The notes under the pieces are model-generated. The model had not been told where the DNA came from, made no database searches, and saw only the letters and a program-made list of their open reading frames with translations. Of a stretch of DNA of 42,216 nucleotides, positions 16,781 through 26,803 are shown one piece after another; positions within the stretch are counted from its first letter, which is position 1; each line of letters starts with the position of its first letter. The translations under genes were made by a program, and so were the position numbers. This stretch comes from Gemmatimonadota bacterium (GTDB lineage Bacteria > Latescibacterota > UBA2968 > UBA8231), in assembly GCA_038128265.1 (NCBI GenBank), contig JAYPJE010000010.1, positions 52,475-94,690 on the forward strand, in the 5' to 3' direction.

Positions 16781-18460
16781 ATGTCTATTGCACAAAGCCC
16801 GGCCGTATCCGACGACGCCCTCATCGCCAAATGGAAGGATCAGCCGGCTCCCCTGCTCGGATTGCTGCACGCCTTCCACGACCGAGACGGCTACCTCAGC
16901 GATGACGCGCTGCGCACCGTTGCGCGCGCGCTGCGCACGCCCCTAGCCGACCTCTACGCCACGGTCACATTTTACCATCACTTCTCGCGACAGCCTCCCG
17001 GCCAGTCGGCTCCGCGCGTTTGCACGGGCCCCATCTGCTGTCAGCGCGGAGCGCGCGACCTGCTCGCACAGTTGGACGGCGCCAGCGAAATGCCCTGTGC
17101 CGGCCGCTGCGACCAGCCCATTCCCGTTCTTATAGGCCACCAGCTACACACGGCGGCACCCGATGCCGCACTCGCCTTACAGCCATCAGCCCTGCCCGCC
17201 GTCAATCCGGGCGGCTACGAAGAATGCCTCTTCGCTCACATTCGCGAGACAGGGCGCAACACCATAGCAGGCTACCGCAGCACGGGCGGCTATGTCGCCC
17301 TGAATAAGGCTCTGCAAGATAGCCCCCAGGCACTCGTCCAGCTCGTCGGCGATAGCCAACTGGCCGGTCGCGGCGGAGCCGGCTTTCCCACTGCGCAAAA
17401 GTGGCGCGCGGTCGCACAAGCACCAGGAAGTACAAAAGCGATCGTATGCAACGCCGATGAAGGCGAACCCGGCTGTTTTAAAGATCGCGTGCTGCTCGAC
17501 TACGATCCGCACGCCGTTATCGAAGGTATGATCCTGGCCGCCTATGCCACGGGGGCCGAACTCGGCTTTATCTACCTGCGCTACGAATACCCGGAGACGG
17601 CACAGCGCCTGGAAACGGCGCTAAACGAAGCGCGCGCCGAAGGGATGCTCGGACGCCATATCGGCGGGGCCGAATTTCACTTTGACATCCACCTGCGCCG
17701 CGGTGCAGGTGCCTATATATGCGGCGAAGAAGGCTCCCTGCTCAACAGCTTGGAGGGGAAACATCCCTACCCACGCAACCGCCCACCCTTTCCGGTTACG
17801 CATGGTTTTAACGACCAGCCCACTGCGGTAAATAACGTCGAGACGCTCGCCGCCATCGCGCCCATCGTCGCGCATGGCGCCGCCTGGTATCAGTCGCTGG
17901 GACTGGGCGACTGCGCCGGCACCAAGCTCATCAGCCTCTCGGGCGACGTGCAGAATCCGGGCAATTACGAAGTGCCGCTCGGGCTGCCGCTGCAAACGCT
18001 GCTGCACGACTGGGCCGGCGGACCGCACGAGGGGCGTAGCATACAAGCCGTAACCATGGCCGGGCTCTCGGGTGGCTTCCTAGCCGGCGACGGCCTGCAC
18101 GCCACGCTGGACGACCCCTCCATCCGCGCACACGGATCCTTTCTCGGTGCCGGGGGCATTATGGTCTTTGACGACAGCCGCGACATGGTCGAGGTCGCCC
18201 ATCAGGCCATGCACTTCTTTGCCGAGGAATCGTGCGGCAAGTGCTTTCCCTGCCGCATTGGCACACAGCGCCTCACCGAGCGCCTAGGCTCGTCCGCTGG
18301 GCCGTCCGATCTGGCCGCGTGGCGCCAGGAGGTTGAGGACATCGGCGCAACCATGATGGCTACGAGCGCCTGCGGCCTCGGCGCAGCAGCTCCGCATATT
18401 ACCCGCTCTTTGCTAACGCATTTTCCAGAACAGATTAAGCGCCACTTGGCGCAACAATAG
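16781..18460 (+). CDS. NAD-dependent formate dehydrogenase diaphorase subunit, fused NuoE-like [2Fe-2S] and NuoF-like FMN/NADH domains (FdsG+FdsB-like)
   Basis: TFYHHF, CTGPIC...CAGRC, then GRGGAGFP, NADEGEPG, GAGAYICGEE, ESCGKCFPCRIG, SACGLG. Start ATG 16781 or 16754. Confidence 0.9.
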   Translation: MSIAQSPAVSDDALIAKWKDQPAPLLGLLHAFHDRDGYLSDDALRTVARALRTPLADLYATVTFYHHFSRQPPGQSAPRVCTGPICCQRGARDLLAQLDGASEMPCAGRCDQPIPVLIGHQLHTAAPDAALALQPSALPAVNPGGYEECLFAHIRETGRNTIAGYRSTGGYVALNKALQDSPQALVQLVGDSQLAGRGGAGFPTAQKWRAVAQAPGSTKAIVCNADEGEPGCFKDRVLLDYDPHAVIEGMILAAYATGAELGFIYLRYEYPETAQRLETALNEARAEGMLGRHIGGAEFHFDIHLRRGAGAYICGEEGSLLNSLEGKHPYPRNRPPFPVTHGFNDQPTAVNNVETLAAIAPIVAHGAAWYQSLGLGDCAGTKLISLSGDVQNPGNYEVPLGLPLQTLLHDWAGGPHEGRSIQAVTMAGLSGGFLAGDGLHATLDDPSIRAHGSFLGAGGIMVFDDSRDMVEVAHQAMHFFAEESCGKCFPCRIGTQRLTERLGSSAGPSDLAAWRQEVEDIGATMMATSACGLGAAAPHITRSLLTHFPEQIKRHLAQQ

Positions 18461-18468
18461 GCTTTGTT

Positions 18469-21168
18469 ATGAACGACACGGCAACCATTACTTTGGACGG
18501 CATCCAAGTCGCCTTCCGTCCGGGTGAAACCCTCTACGAGATTGCGCAGCGCGCACAGAGCACAATCCCTACGCTGTGCTACGATCCACGCCTCGAACCC
18601 TTTGGCTCGTGCAGGCTGTGCGTGGTCCAAGTAGAAGGCGTGCGCAATCCCGTCGCCTCCTGCACGACAAAGGCAACGGCTGGCATGGTCGTACACACGG
18701 CAACCGAAACGCTGGAAAAGCATCGCAAAACGCTGTTGGAACTCGTCGTATCGGAAAACCGCGAAGTCGACGTAGATCCACTGCGCGGCTACGCGTCGCA
18801 GGAGTTGACGGGCTGGGTCGACCGCTACGAGGCGCGAACCGGACGCTTTGCCGGAGCCCAATCGGGCACTTCGCACGCAGCGGACGACAACCCCTTTATC
18901 CTGCGCGACTACGACCTATGCATTTCGTGCAACCGCTGCGTGCGCGTCTGCGCCGAGCGCGAGGGAGACTATGCCATAGCGGCCAGCGGACGCGGCTTCC
19001 AAAAGCAGATTACCGCTGAGTTTGATGCCATTCTCAAGGAGTCGTCCTGCACGTTCTGCGGCCAGTGCGTGCAGACCTGCCCCACCGGTGCCCTAGCCGA
19101 CAAAAAAGCCCTGCGCGCCGAGCAGAGCGAGGGCGAGATTGCCAAGACGCGTTCGGTATGTCCCTACTGCGGCGTGGGCTGCGCAGTCGACCTGCTGACC
19201 AAGGGCGACCAGCTCGTCGGCATCCAGCCGGCCATGGACGGCCCGGCCAACGAAGGGGCGCTTTGCGTTAAGGGGCAGTTTGCCTTCGACTTTGTCCAAC
19301 ACCGCGATCGCTTGAAAACGCCGCTGGTGCGCGGCGAAGACGGCCAGCTGCACGAGACCGACTGGGATACCGCCCTTGACCGAGCCGCCGATGGCTTTCG
19401 CACCGTCTTGGACAAGCACGGCCGTCACGCCATTTACGGCGTGGCCTCCGGCCGCACGCCGTCAGAAGCCGACTACTGCATGCAAAAGTTTATTCGCCGC
19501 GGCTATGGCACGCACTACATAGACAATTGCAGCCGTGCCTGACACGCTCCTACGGTGGCCGGTCTGGCCGCTACCATAGGACGCGGTGCCATGTCGAACC
19601 CCCTCGCCGACATGGAAAAGCCCGATGTGATCTTCTGCATCGGCACCAATATGACGGAGTGTCACCCGGTCGCCGCCACGCGCTTAAAGCGCGCCATCGC
19701 GCGCGGAGCACGGCTTATCGTGGCCGATCCTCGGCGCATTGACCTGGCCGACATGGCCGATCTATACCTGCCGCTGCGCGTCGGTTCGGACGTCGCCTTA
19801 CTCTTGGGGATGGCGCACGTTATCGAGCGCGAAGGGCTCGTCGACCGCAGCTTCGCAGATGCGCGCACAGAAGGCGCCGATGAATTCCTGGCGCACGTGC
19901 GCCAATTTACGCCCGAGTGGGCCGAGGGCATTACCGGCGTGCCGGCAGCCGACATCGAAATGGCGGCGCGTTGGTATGCTGCTGCTGATCGAGGTGCCAT
20001 CTACTACACATTAGGCATCACCGAGCATATCTGCGGCGTCGACAACGTGCAGAGCCTGTGCAATCTGGCGCTGATGACCGGACATATCGGCCGCGAAGGC
20101 ACCGGCATCAACCCCATGCGCGGCCAGAACAACATCCAAGGCGCCGGCGACGCGGGCGCCGTTCCCTCCAACTATCCGGGCTTTCAGGCCGTCGACCGGC
20201 CGGAAAACAAGGCCAAGTTCGAACAGCTATACGGCCGCGAAATGGACGCAGAAAAGGGCATTACCAAGGTGCGCGCGCTGGACCTAGCCGGCGAGGAAAT
20301 ATTTGCCATGCTCATCGACGGCGAAAACACGCTGGTATCCGACCCCGATCGCACCCACTGCGAGCACGCCCTGCGCAGCCTCGAGCACCTTGTAGTTATC
20401 GACATCTTTCTGACCGAGACCGCCGAGCTGGCCGATGTGGTTCTACCGGCCACATCTTGGGCCGAAACGGACGGCGTCTGCACCAATACCGAACGCCGCG
20501 TGCAGCGCCTGCGCCAGGCCGTTTCCCCACCTGGCCAAGCCCAGCCCGACTGGTGGATTATTTCGCAAATCGCCCAGCGCCTCGGTTTTGACGGCTTTGA
20601 ATTCTCCTCGGCTCAGGATGTCTTTAACGAGTTGTGCAGCCTGTCGCCCATCTATGCCGGACTCGACTGGGATCGCATTGAAGAAGGCCAATACCACTGG
20701 CCGGTGCCGCACGAGGGCCATCCCGGCACGCCCATTCTACACGAAGGAGAATTCGCCAATGGCCGCGGTCTGTTCAAGACCATCCACTACCGCGATCCGG
20801 CCGAGACCATTAGCGACGACTTTCCCATTTGGCTTACGACGGGGCGCCGCCTGCAGTCGTACCACACGCGGACGCAGACTGGACGCGCCCAGGGCATTGA
20901 GTATCTGCTGGGCGAGGAAAGCTTAGAGGTTCACCCCGACGATGTGGCGGCCTGGGGCCTTCGCGATGGCTCGATGTGTCGCATGAGCAGCGCGCGCGGC
21001 AGCGTCGACATTCGCGTGCGCTCGTCGGCTCGTTCCCCCCGCGGCACGGTCTTTGCCAGTTTCAGCTTTAACGACGTGCCCATCAATGTTCTGACGGGTT
21101 CGGGCTACGATCCCATCACGGAAACGGCCGAGTTAAAGGTCTGTCCCGTTCGCGTAGAGGTCCTCTAA
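18469..21168 (+). CDS. fdhF: Formate dehydrogenase alpha subunit, selenocysteine-containing (UGA at 19540-19542); 899 aa
   Basis: ORFs 18469-19542 and 19555-21168 are in the same frame. The junction reads IDNCSRA-UGA-HAPTVAGL, the Mo/W-bis-PGD ligand position. Fe-S motifs lie N-terminally, PMRGQNNIQG and the molybdopterin-binding domain C-terminally. Confidence 0.93.
19549..19580 (+). promoter_or_regulatory. Bacterial SECIS-like hairpin
   Basis: CCTAcGGTGGCC-GGTCT-GGCCgctACCaTAGG directly 3' of the UGA. The apical GGTCT loop resembles the E. coli fdhF SECIS. Confidence 0.75.
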
Positions 21169-21200
21169 CCCCGTCTGCCCCCAACGAAAGCCGAGTTGAA

Positions 21201-22697
21201 TTGGATGCCGTATTGGAAGGGGATGTCGTAACCTACGAAGCCTTTGGAGCGCTTGGCGACGGCGTAGCAGACGACCTGCCCTCTATATGTCAGGCGCACG
21301 CGTTCGCCAATGAGCATGGCCTGCCGGTGCGCGCACGCGCAGATGCAGCCTACCATTTGGGGCGGCAGGCACTAACCGCCATCATCGCCACCCACACGGA
21401 CTGGCATACCGCGCGCTTTACTATTGATGACACCGAAGTAGACGACCACAAAGCGCCCCTCTTTGAGGTGCGTTCACTCCTGCCTACCGAGCCAATACAA
21501 ATCGCCCGGTTAATGCGCGACCAGCAGCAACTCGACGCACGCCCCACTCGCGACTGCCACGTATTGGTAGAGAATGCCAACAAACGCATATACATTCGCC
21601 GCGGCCTCAACCAAAACGACGGCGTGCCCCTTCGCGACTGCTTTGTGCTGCGCCGAGATGGTCGGATCGACTCCCCTATCGACTGGAATTACGAAACCAT
21701 TACGCGCCTGGAAGCGCGCCCCATCGACGATGAGCGTCTCTCCTTGCGCGGCGGCGTCTTTACCACCATCGCCAATCGCATGCGACAGGAGGAGGGGTAC
21801 AACTATTGGGCGCGTAATATCGTCGTGGCCCGCTCCAACACCGAAATCGACGGCCTGACCCACTACGTGGTCGGCGAGACGGCCTTCGGACACCCCTACT
21901 CCGGCTTTATTAGCGTTCAGCAATGCGCCGACGTCACGCTGCGCAACTGCTTTGCCAGCGGACACAAGACCTACTCGACCATCGGCGCAGCCGGCAAACC
22001 CGTCAACATGGGATCCTACGACTACAACGCCAACAACGTCGTCGATTTTCGCATGATCCAATGCCGTATGAACCACATCTTAGACCGCACGCGCTGGGGC
22101 GTTATCGGTTCGAATTTTTGCAAAAACATCCTGCTCGAGGACTGCGTGCTATCGCGCATGGATACCCATATGGGCGTCTCCGGGCGCTACGACATTCGCC
22201 GCTGTACGCTTGGCCATATGGGTCTCAACGCCATTGGTCGCGGTCAGCTAACCATTGAGGACTCGACGCTCTATGGGCACTCGTTCGTCACCTTCCGCCG
22301 CGACTACGGCAGCACGTGGGAGGGCGATCTCCACATTCGCAACTGCCGCTGGATTCCCGCCTGTGGCGATCGGGTATGGCCCCACCTTATCAACGTCGGC
22401 AACGACGGTATGCACGACTTTGGCTATCCGTGTTCCATGCCACACTCCGTAACGATCGACGGCCTACGCGTCGACGATGCCAACCATCCAGAGGATTATA
22501 CAGGCCTCTACTTGTTCACCGATCCCGACGGAGCGCGCGACGACGATGTGCTCCGATCCGATCAACGGCCCCACCCATATACGCCCTGCCGACATCTTTC
22601 AGTGCGCGGTCTTGAAACAACTAGCGGCCTAGATCCGCAGCTATCGCCCAACCTGGGATGGGCAGAGGGCCTAGGCCCGTGGGCACAGGCCGAATAG
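21201..22697 (+). CDS. Hypothetical protein, probable pectin-lyase-like beta-helix
   Basis: N-terminal VTYEAFGALGDGVADD motif and repeated V-T-L-R-N-C / I-L-L-E-D-C strands. No signal peptide. TTG start uncertain. Confidence 0.6.
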   Translation: MDAVLEGDVVTYEAFGALGDGVADDLPSICQAHAFANEHGLPVRARADAAYHLGRQALTAIIATHTDWHTARFTIDDTEVDDHKAPLFEVRSLLPTEPIQIARLMRDQQQLDARPTRDCHVLVENANKRIYIRRGLNQNDGVPLRDCFVLRRDGRIDSPIDWNYETITRLEARPIDDERLSLRGGVFTTIANRMRQEEGYNYWARNIVVARSNTEIDGLTHYVVGETAFGHPYSGFISVQQCADVTLRNCFASGHKTYSTIGAAGKPVNMGSYDYNANNVVDFRMIQCRMNHILDRTRWGVIGSNFCKNILLEDCVLSRMDTHMGVSGRYDIRRCTLGHMGLNAIGRGQLTIEDSTLYGHSFVTFRRDYGSTWEGDLHIRNCRWIPACGDRVWPHLINVGNDGMHDFGYPCSMPHSVTIDGLRVDDANHPEDYTGLYLFTDPDGARDDDVLRSDQRPHPYTPCRHLSVRGLETTSGLDPQLSPNLGWAEGLGPWAQAE

Positions 22698-22729
22698 AGC
22701 ATCTGGACCCCGCCCATAAAGAGAGCACC

Positions 22730-23515
22730 ATGAATAGCAGAGACTATGTATACGAGCTTTTTGGCTGCACCGGACGCAAAGCCATAGTAACGGGCGCCTC
22801 GAGTGGGCTGGGTGCCGAAATGGCGCGCATTCTGGCGCGCGCCGGAGCCGATGTGCTCTTCGTTGCGCGGCGCAGCGAAAAGCTGCAGAGCCTCGCCGCT
22901 GAGATGGCCGAAGCCGAAGGATCAATGCACATCTGCGCTGCAGACCTCAGCTCGAACGACGGTATTGAGCGCGTGGGCATTGAGGCCGAACGCACGCTGG
23001 GCGGCTGCGACATCCTCGTTGCCAACGCCGGCAGCGGCACCCGCGCTCCACTGCACCGCATGGAAGAGACCGAGTTTAATGATATCCTGCATCTCAATAC
23101 AACCGCCCAGTGGCAGCTCTCCAAACGGCTCTTTGAGCTACTCAAGGCGTCCGCTAGCGGGCGCGTTATCAATATTGCCTCTGTATACGGGGTCGGCGCC
23201 TCGGTGATACACGGCCTCGGCGCCTATACCACCAGCAAACACGCGCTCGTCGGGCTAACCAAATCGCAGGCCGCCGAGTGGGGGCGCTACGGCATAACGG
23301 CCAACGCCATTGCGCCGGGCTACTTTCCCACCGAACTGACGGAGACGGCTCTTGCAGACGAAGCAATGAGTGCGCGCCTGCGCGGCTTTACGCCGCACGA
23401 TCGCTTTGGCGATCCAGCCGAGCTAGCGCCGGCCCTGCTCTTTCTGGCTTCGCGCGCTAGCGCCTACGTGACGGGTGCCATCGTGCCGGTCGACGGCGGC
23501 TGGACGGCCTGGTAG
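22730..23515 (+). CDS. Short-chain dehydrogenase/reductase (SDR)
   Basis: TGASSGLG, ANAG, NIAS, YTTSK (YxxxK), NAIAPGYFPT, VDGGW. Start ATG 22730. Confidence 0.93.
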   Translation: MNSRDYVYELFGCTGRKAIVTGASSGLGAEMARILARAGADVLFVARRSEKLQSLAAEMAEAEGSMHICAADLSSNDGIERVGIEAERTLGGCDILVANAGSGTRAPLHRMEETEFNDILHLNTTAQWQLSKRLFELLKASASGRVINIASVYGVGASVIHGLGAYTTSKHALVGLTKSQAAEWGRYGITANAIAPGYFPTELTETALADEAMSARLRGFTPHDRFGDPAELAPALLFLASRASAYVTGAIVPVDGGWTAW

Positions 23516-23551
23516 CCATTCAAGCTCAGCCCGCACACCCTCCATCCCAAC

Positions 23552-23588
23552 AAAAAAACCGGGCGAGCCAAGCAGGCCCACCCGGTTT
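23552..23588 (-). terminator. Intrinsic terminator between convergent genes
   Basis: Minus strand reads CCGGGTGGGCC-tgctt-GGCTCGCCCGG followed by T7. Confidence 0.8.
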
Positions 23589-23608
23589 CCTCATTCTCTC
23601 CGCGCAGT

Positions 23609-24481
23609 CTATTTCTTTGCCCTGCGCAACGCCTTTTTAAACTCGTTTTCAATTTCGCCGCGCGCCACGATGGCATCTTTCCACACGTCGGGAAAGCACT
23701 CGAGGGCGTAGCCCGAGCCCTTGGGACCCAACTCGACAACGGCCCACAGTTCCTTTGCGCCGCGCTGTGCCTTGATCCACGCCTCCAGTGCATGGCGCAG
23801 AAAGTGGTCGCGCCAGGCGACAAAGTCGCCATCCAATGTGCCGCGCCCGTTGGTAATAGGCGTTTGGCAGTGGCTGCCAGTAAAGGTGCGGAAGTGAATA
23901 AGCTCACTCATCGCCAGCAGGTCGGGTCGGAACTCGGCAATGCGCGGCCAGAACGTATTGGGGCGCAGCTGCTTTATAATAGCTGGGTGCGAGTGATCGA
24001 AATTCATGCGCAGCTTGTCGCCGTAGCGCTTCTCGTACTGGGTGGCCAGTGCCAGCGCCTTTTCTGGCGTTTCCGTCACCGTATCGCGGTGCCATTCAAT
24101 GGCCGGCTTTACCTTGTGTTTATCACCCGCTTCAATTACCGCTCGGGCCACGGTAACGGCCTTGGATATTTCCGTATCGTGGTCGCAGAGCTGCACGTTG
24201 ATATGAACCGCACCGGCCTCTCTAAATAGCCCCATCTTTTCGTCGGCTTCTCGAACGGTGCCAACATCGACGCCGCCCACTAGCTGCAAACCGTGCTTGG
24301 CACAGGCCTCGGCTATCTCGGGCTGCGGTCCAGCGCTGAATCCCTCAAAGCCAGCATCCTTAGCCGCCTTGACCTTGCGATCCATCGACCACTGCTTCTG
24401 CTCCGAGGGATAATTTGTCATGGTCCACGCAGCCGCACACAGGCGAAGCTGCGGTTTCTTACTAGCCTTGCTCTTGGCCAT
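23609..24481 (-). CDS. Xylose-isomerase-like TIM barrel protein (sugar phosphate isomerase/epimerase family)
   Basis: AGFEGF, IEWHRDTVTE, FDHSH, IHFR, VELGP metal-site pattern. Confidence 0.75.
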   Translation of the reverse strand: MAKSKASKKPQLRLCAAAWTMTNYPSEQKQWSMDRKVKAAKDAGFEGFSAGPQPEIAEACAKHGLQLVGGVDVGTVREADEKMGLFREAGAVHINVQLCDHDTEISKAVTVARAVIEAGDKHKVKPAIEWHRDTVTETPEKALALATQYEKRYGDKLRMNFDHSHPAIIKQLRPNTFWPRIAEFRPDLLAMSELIHFRTFTGSHCQTPITNGRGTLDGDFVAWRDHFLRHALEAWIKAQRGAKELWAVVELGPKGSGYALECFPDVWKDAIVARGEIENEFKKALRRAKK

Positions 24482-24524
24482 ATCTCCTCCCTTGAGACGC
24501 GCTATCGTGCATTGGGTCTGTATC

Positions 24525-25376
24525 TCACCCTATTATAGGCACATCGGCGCAAATACGCTCGTGTCCCGCGTAGATATTAAAACTTGAGCCGCGCACAAAA
24601 CCCACCAGCGTCATGCCTCCAGCCACCGCCAAATCAACGGCTAAGCTCGAGGGTGCCGACACGGCGGCAACAAAAGGGATACCCGCAATAAGCGCTTTTT
24701 GCACAATTTCAAAGCTCGTTCGGCCGCTTACCATCAGCGCGCTGTTTGCCGGCACGCGCTCGCCGCGCAGCGCATAGGCACCTACCACTTTGTCGACGGC
24801 GTTGTGGCGCCCCACGTCTTCGCATACGGTCAGCAGTTCGCCGTCGGGCGTAAAGAGCGCTGCCGCGTGCAGCGACCCAGTCTGGGCGAAAACGGCCTGC
24901 GCTTGGCGCATTTGGTCTGGCCAGGCACACAGCGCTTTTGCGCCAACCACAAAATCCCCGGCAACCGGCTCGGCGCGCGCGGCAACGGCATCAATGCTGG
25001 CCTTACCGCATACGCCGCAGCTCGAAGATGCATAGAAGTTGCGTTTGAGCTGGCCTTCGTCAAAGGCGTATCCGACAGCCAGCTTTACGTCAACAACGTT
25101 TTTTTCGTTGGGTGGCTCGGCACTTGGACAGTAGGAAATTGCGCCGATTGCCGACGGTTCGGCCAGCATGCCTTCGGTCAGTAAAAAACCGGCCGCCAGC
25201 GCGTAGTCGTCTCCAGGCGTGCGCATAATTACCGCGATGGGCACCGTGCCTATGCGCACCTCCAACGGCTCTTCAACGCTGATGGCGTCGCGCTCTTCGG
25301 ACGCCGAACCATCGCGCCAGCGTGCGATTTGGCGCTCGACCTGACGCCGATTCTGCACTCGCCCAAATAGGTCCAC
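24525..25376 (-). CDS. fdhD: Formate dehydrogenase accessory sulfurtransferase
   Basis: EEPL, MRTPG, LAAGFLLTEG, SSCGVCG, TGSLHAA, EDVGRHNAVDK, SGRTSFE, SAPSSLAV. Confidence 0.96.
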   Translation of the reverse strand: MDLFGRVQNRRQVERQIARWRDGSASEERDAISVEEPLEVRIGTVPIAVIMRTPGDDYALAAGFLLTEGMLAEPSAIGAISYCPSAEPPNEKNVVDVKLAVGYAFDEGQLKRNFYASSSCGVCGKASIDAVAARAEPVAGDFVVGAKALCAWPDQMRQAQAVFAQTGSLHAAALFTPDGELLTVCEDVGRHNAVDKVVGAYALRGERVPANSALMVSGRTSFEIVQKALIAGIPFVAAVSAPSSLAVDLAVAGGMTLVGFVRGSSFNIYAGHERICADVPIIG

Positions 25377-26803
25377 TACATGGGTCCTACGCGCTGCGAA
25401 CCGCGGTCCATCGCCAGCATTGATGCATCGAAGCTGCGCCGCATAAGCTCTAGCTTGACCGGCTGGGCCTCGGGCTCATCCCACATATTCTCGAATTCCT
25501 CCGGATCCTCTTCCAGATCGTAGAGTTCGCCCAGGGCGTGGCCGTGATAAACCACGAGCTTGTAGCGCTCATCGCGATACATCGTCGCAAACGAACCGTC
25601 GGGTTCGTCGAGTGCGTCGTAATACTCACAGCGCACAAAATCCCGATGATGGTCGAGGCCAATCTCGCCCTTCAGCATCGGCAGCAGCGAGCGGCCCTGC
25701 ATGTGCTCTGATGGCTGCAGACCAGCCAACTGCAGCAGCGTCGGCGTCTTGTCGAGCAGTTCGACCAGTGCATCGCTGCGCACGCCCTGCTGAAAATGAC
25801 CCGGCCACGAAAAGATCAGCGGTACCCGCACGAGCCCTTCGTAAAAGCGACAGCCTTTTTGGATAAGCCCGTGGTCACCGAGCATCTCGCCGTGGTCGGA
25901 GGTGAAAATAACTACGGTGTTTTCGCGCTGGCCCGTTTCTTCGAGCACGGCCATCATGCGCCCAACCGCGTCGTCAATCAGCTTAATCATCGCGCAGTAG
26001 GCCGCCTGCAGGACCTGAGCATCGGCCGCGCGGCCCCTATCTGGGCTGAGCGGATCGCGGATGTCCAACGCGTGCGGCTGGCGCACCTGCGACTGAAAAT
26101 CAATCGACGCTAGAGCCTGCTGCTGTGTCAGATCGCTGTCGCGAAAGAGCGGACCGGGCATAGCAGACGGGTCAAAGAGATCGCGGTAGCGCTGCGGCGG
26201 ATTAAAGGGCGGATGGGGGTCGTAGATATTGACGCAGGCCAGCCAGGGCCCCTGCCGCTCCTCCCGCATAAAGTCAATGGTCTTTTCCGCACACCACGTC
26301 GTCTGATGCAGTTCGGCTGGAACGCCTTGCGGGTCACCGGTTAACTCGCCCAGCACATATCCTTGCTCGCGTACCCAATCGGCATATCCGTGTCCAACGG
26401 GCCAGTCGTCGCGCGGCGCATGGCTGTACTCCCAGTAGCGATAGCCGTCATCGACGCGCGGCTCAATGCGCTGGTATGCGCTGGCCAAATGCAATTTGCC
26501 GATCAAACCACAGTCGTAACCGGCGTCGGCCAGCAGCTTGCTCACAAGCGGCGGTTGGCTGGGAAAGGCGTCGTTGCCATTGCCGGTCACATGGATCGTG
26601 CTCGGGTACATGCCCGTCAAAAACGAGCCACGGCTCGGCGTGCAAATGGGCGACTGACAGTAGGCATGGGTAAAGGCCACCCCCTCTGCCACGAGCTGGT
26701 CGACGTGCGGCGTATCGACGTGCGCGTAGCCGAGCGCACCAATCGTATCGTAGCGCTGCTGGTCGGTGCAAATCCACAGAATATTGGGTCGTAGATCGTT
26801 CAT
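25376..26803 (-). CDS. Formylglycine-dependent sulfatase
   Basis: PNILWICTDQQR, CTPSR (CxPxR), GKLHL, DPHPP, SDHGEMLGDHG. Confidence 0.93.
   Translation of the reverse strand: MNDLRPNILWICTDQQRYDTIGALGYAHVDTPHVDQLVAEGVAFTHAYCQSPICTPSRGSFLTGMYPSTIHVTGNGNDAFPSQPPLVSKLLADAGYDCGLIGKLHLASAYQRIEPRVDDGYRYWEYSHAPRDDWPVGHGYADWVREQGYVLGELTGDPQGVPAELHQTTWCAEKTIDFMREERQGPWLACVNIYDPHPPFNPPQRYRDLFDPSAMPGPLFRDSDLTQQQALASIDFQSQVRQPHALDIRDPLSPDRGRAADAQVLQAAYCAMIKLIDDAVGRMMAVLEETGQRENTVVIFTSDHGEMLGDHGLIQKGCRFYEGLVRVPLIFSWPGHFQQGVRSDALVELLDKTPTLLQLAGLQPSEHMQGRSLLPMLKGEIGLDHHRDFVRCEYYDALDEPDGSFATMYRDERYKLVVYHGHALGELYDLEEDPEEFENMWDEPEAQPVKLELMRRSFDASMLAMDRGSQRVGPM

Noticed and set aside
18469..21168. FDH alpha subunit as a pseudogene or two separate genes
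   Set aside because: The stop is UGA at the exact catalytic ligand position, the frame continues, and a SECIS-like hairpin follows.
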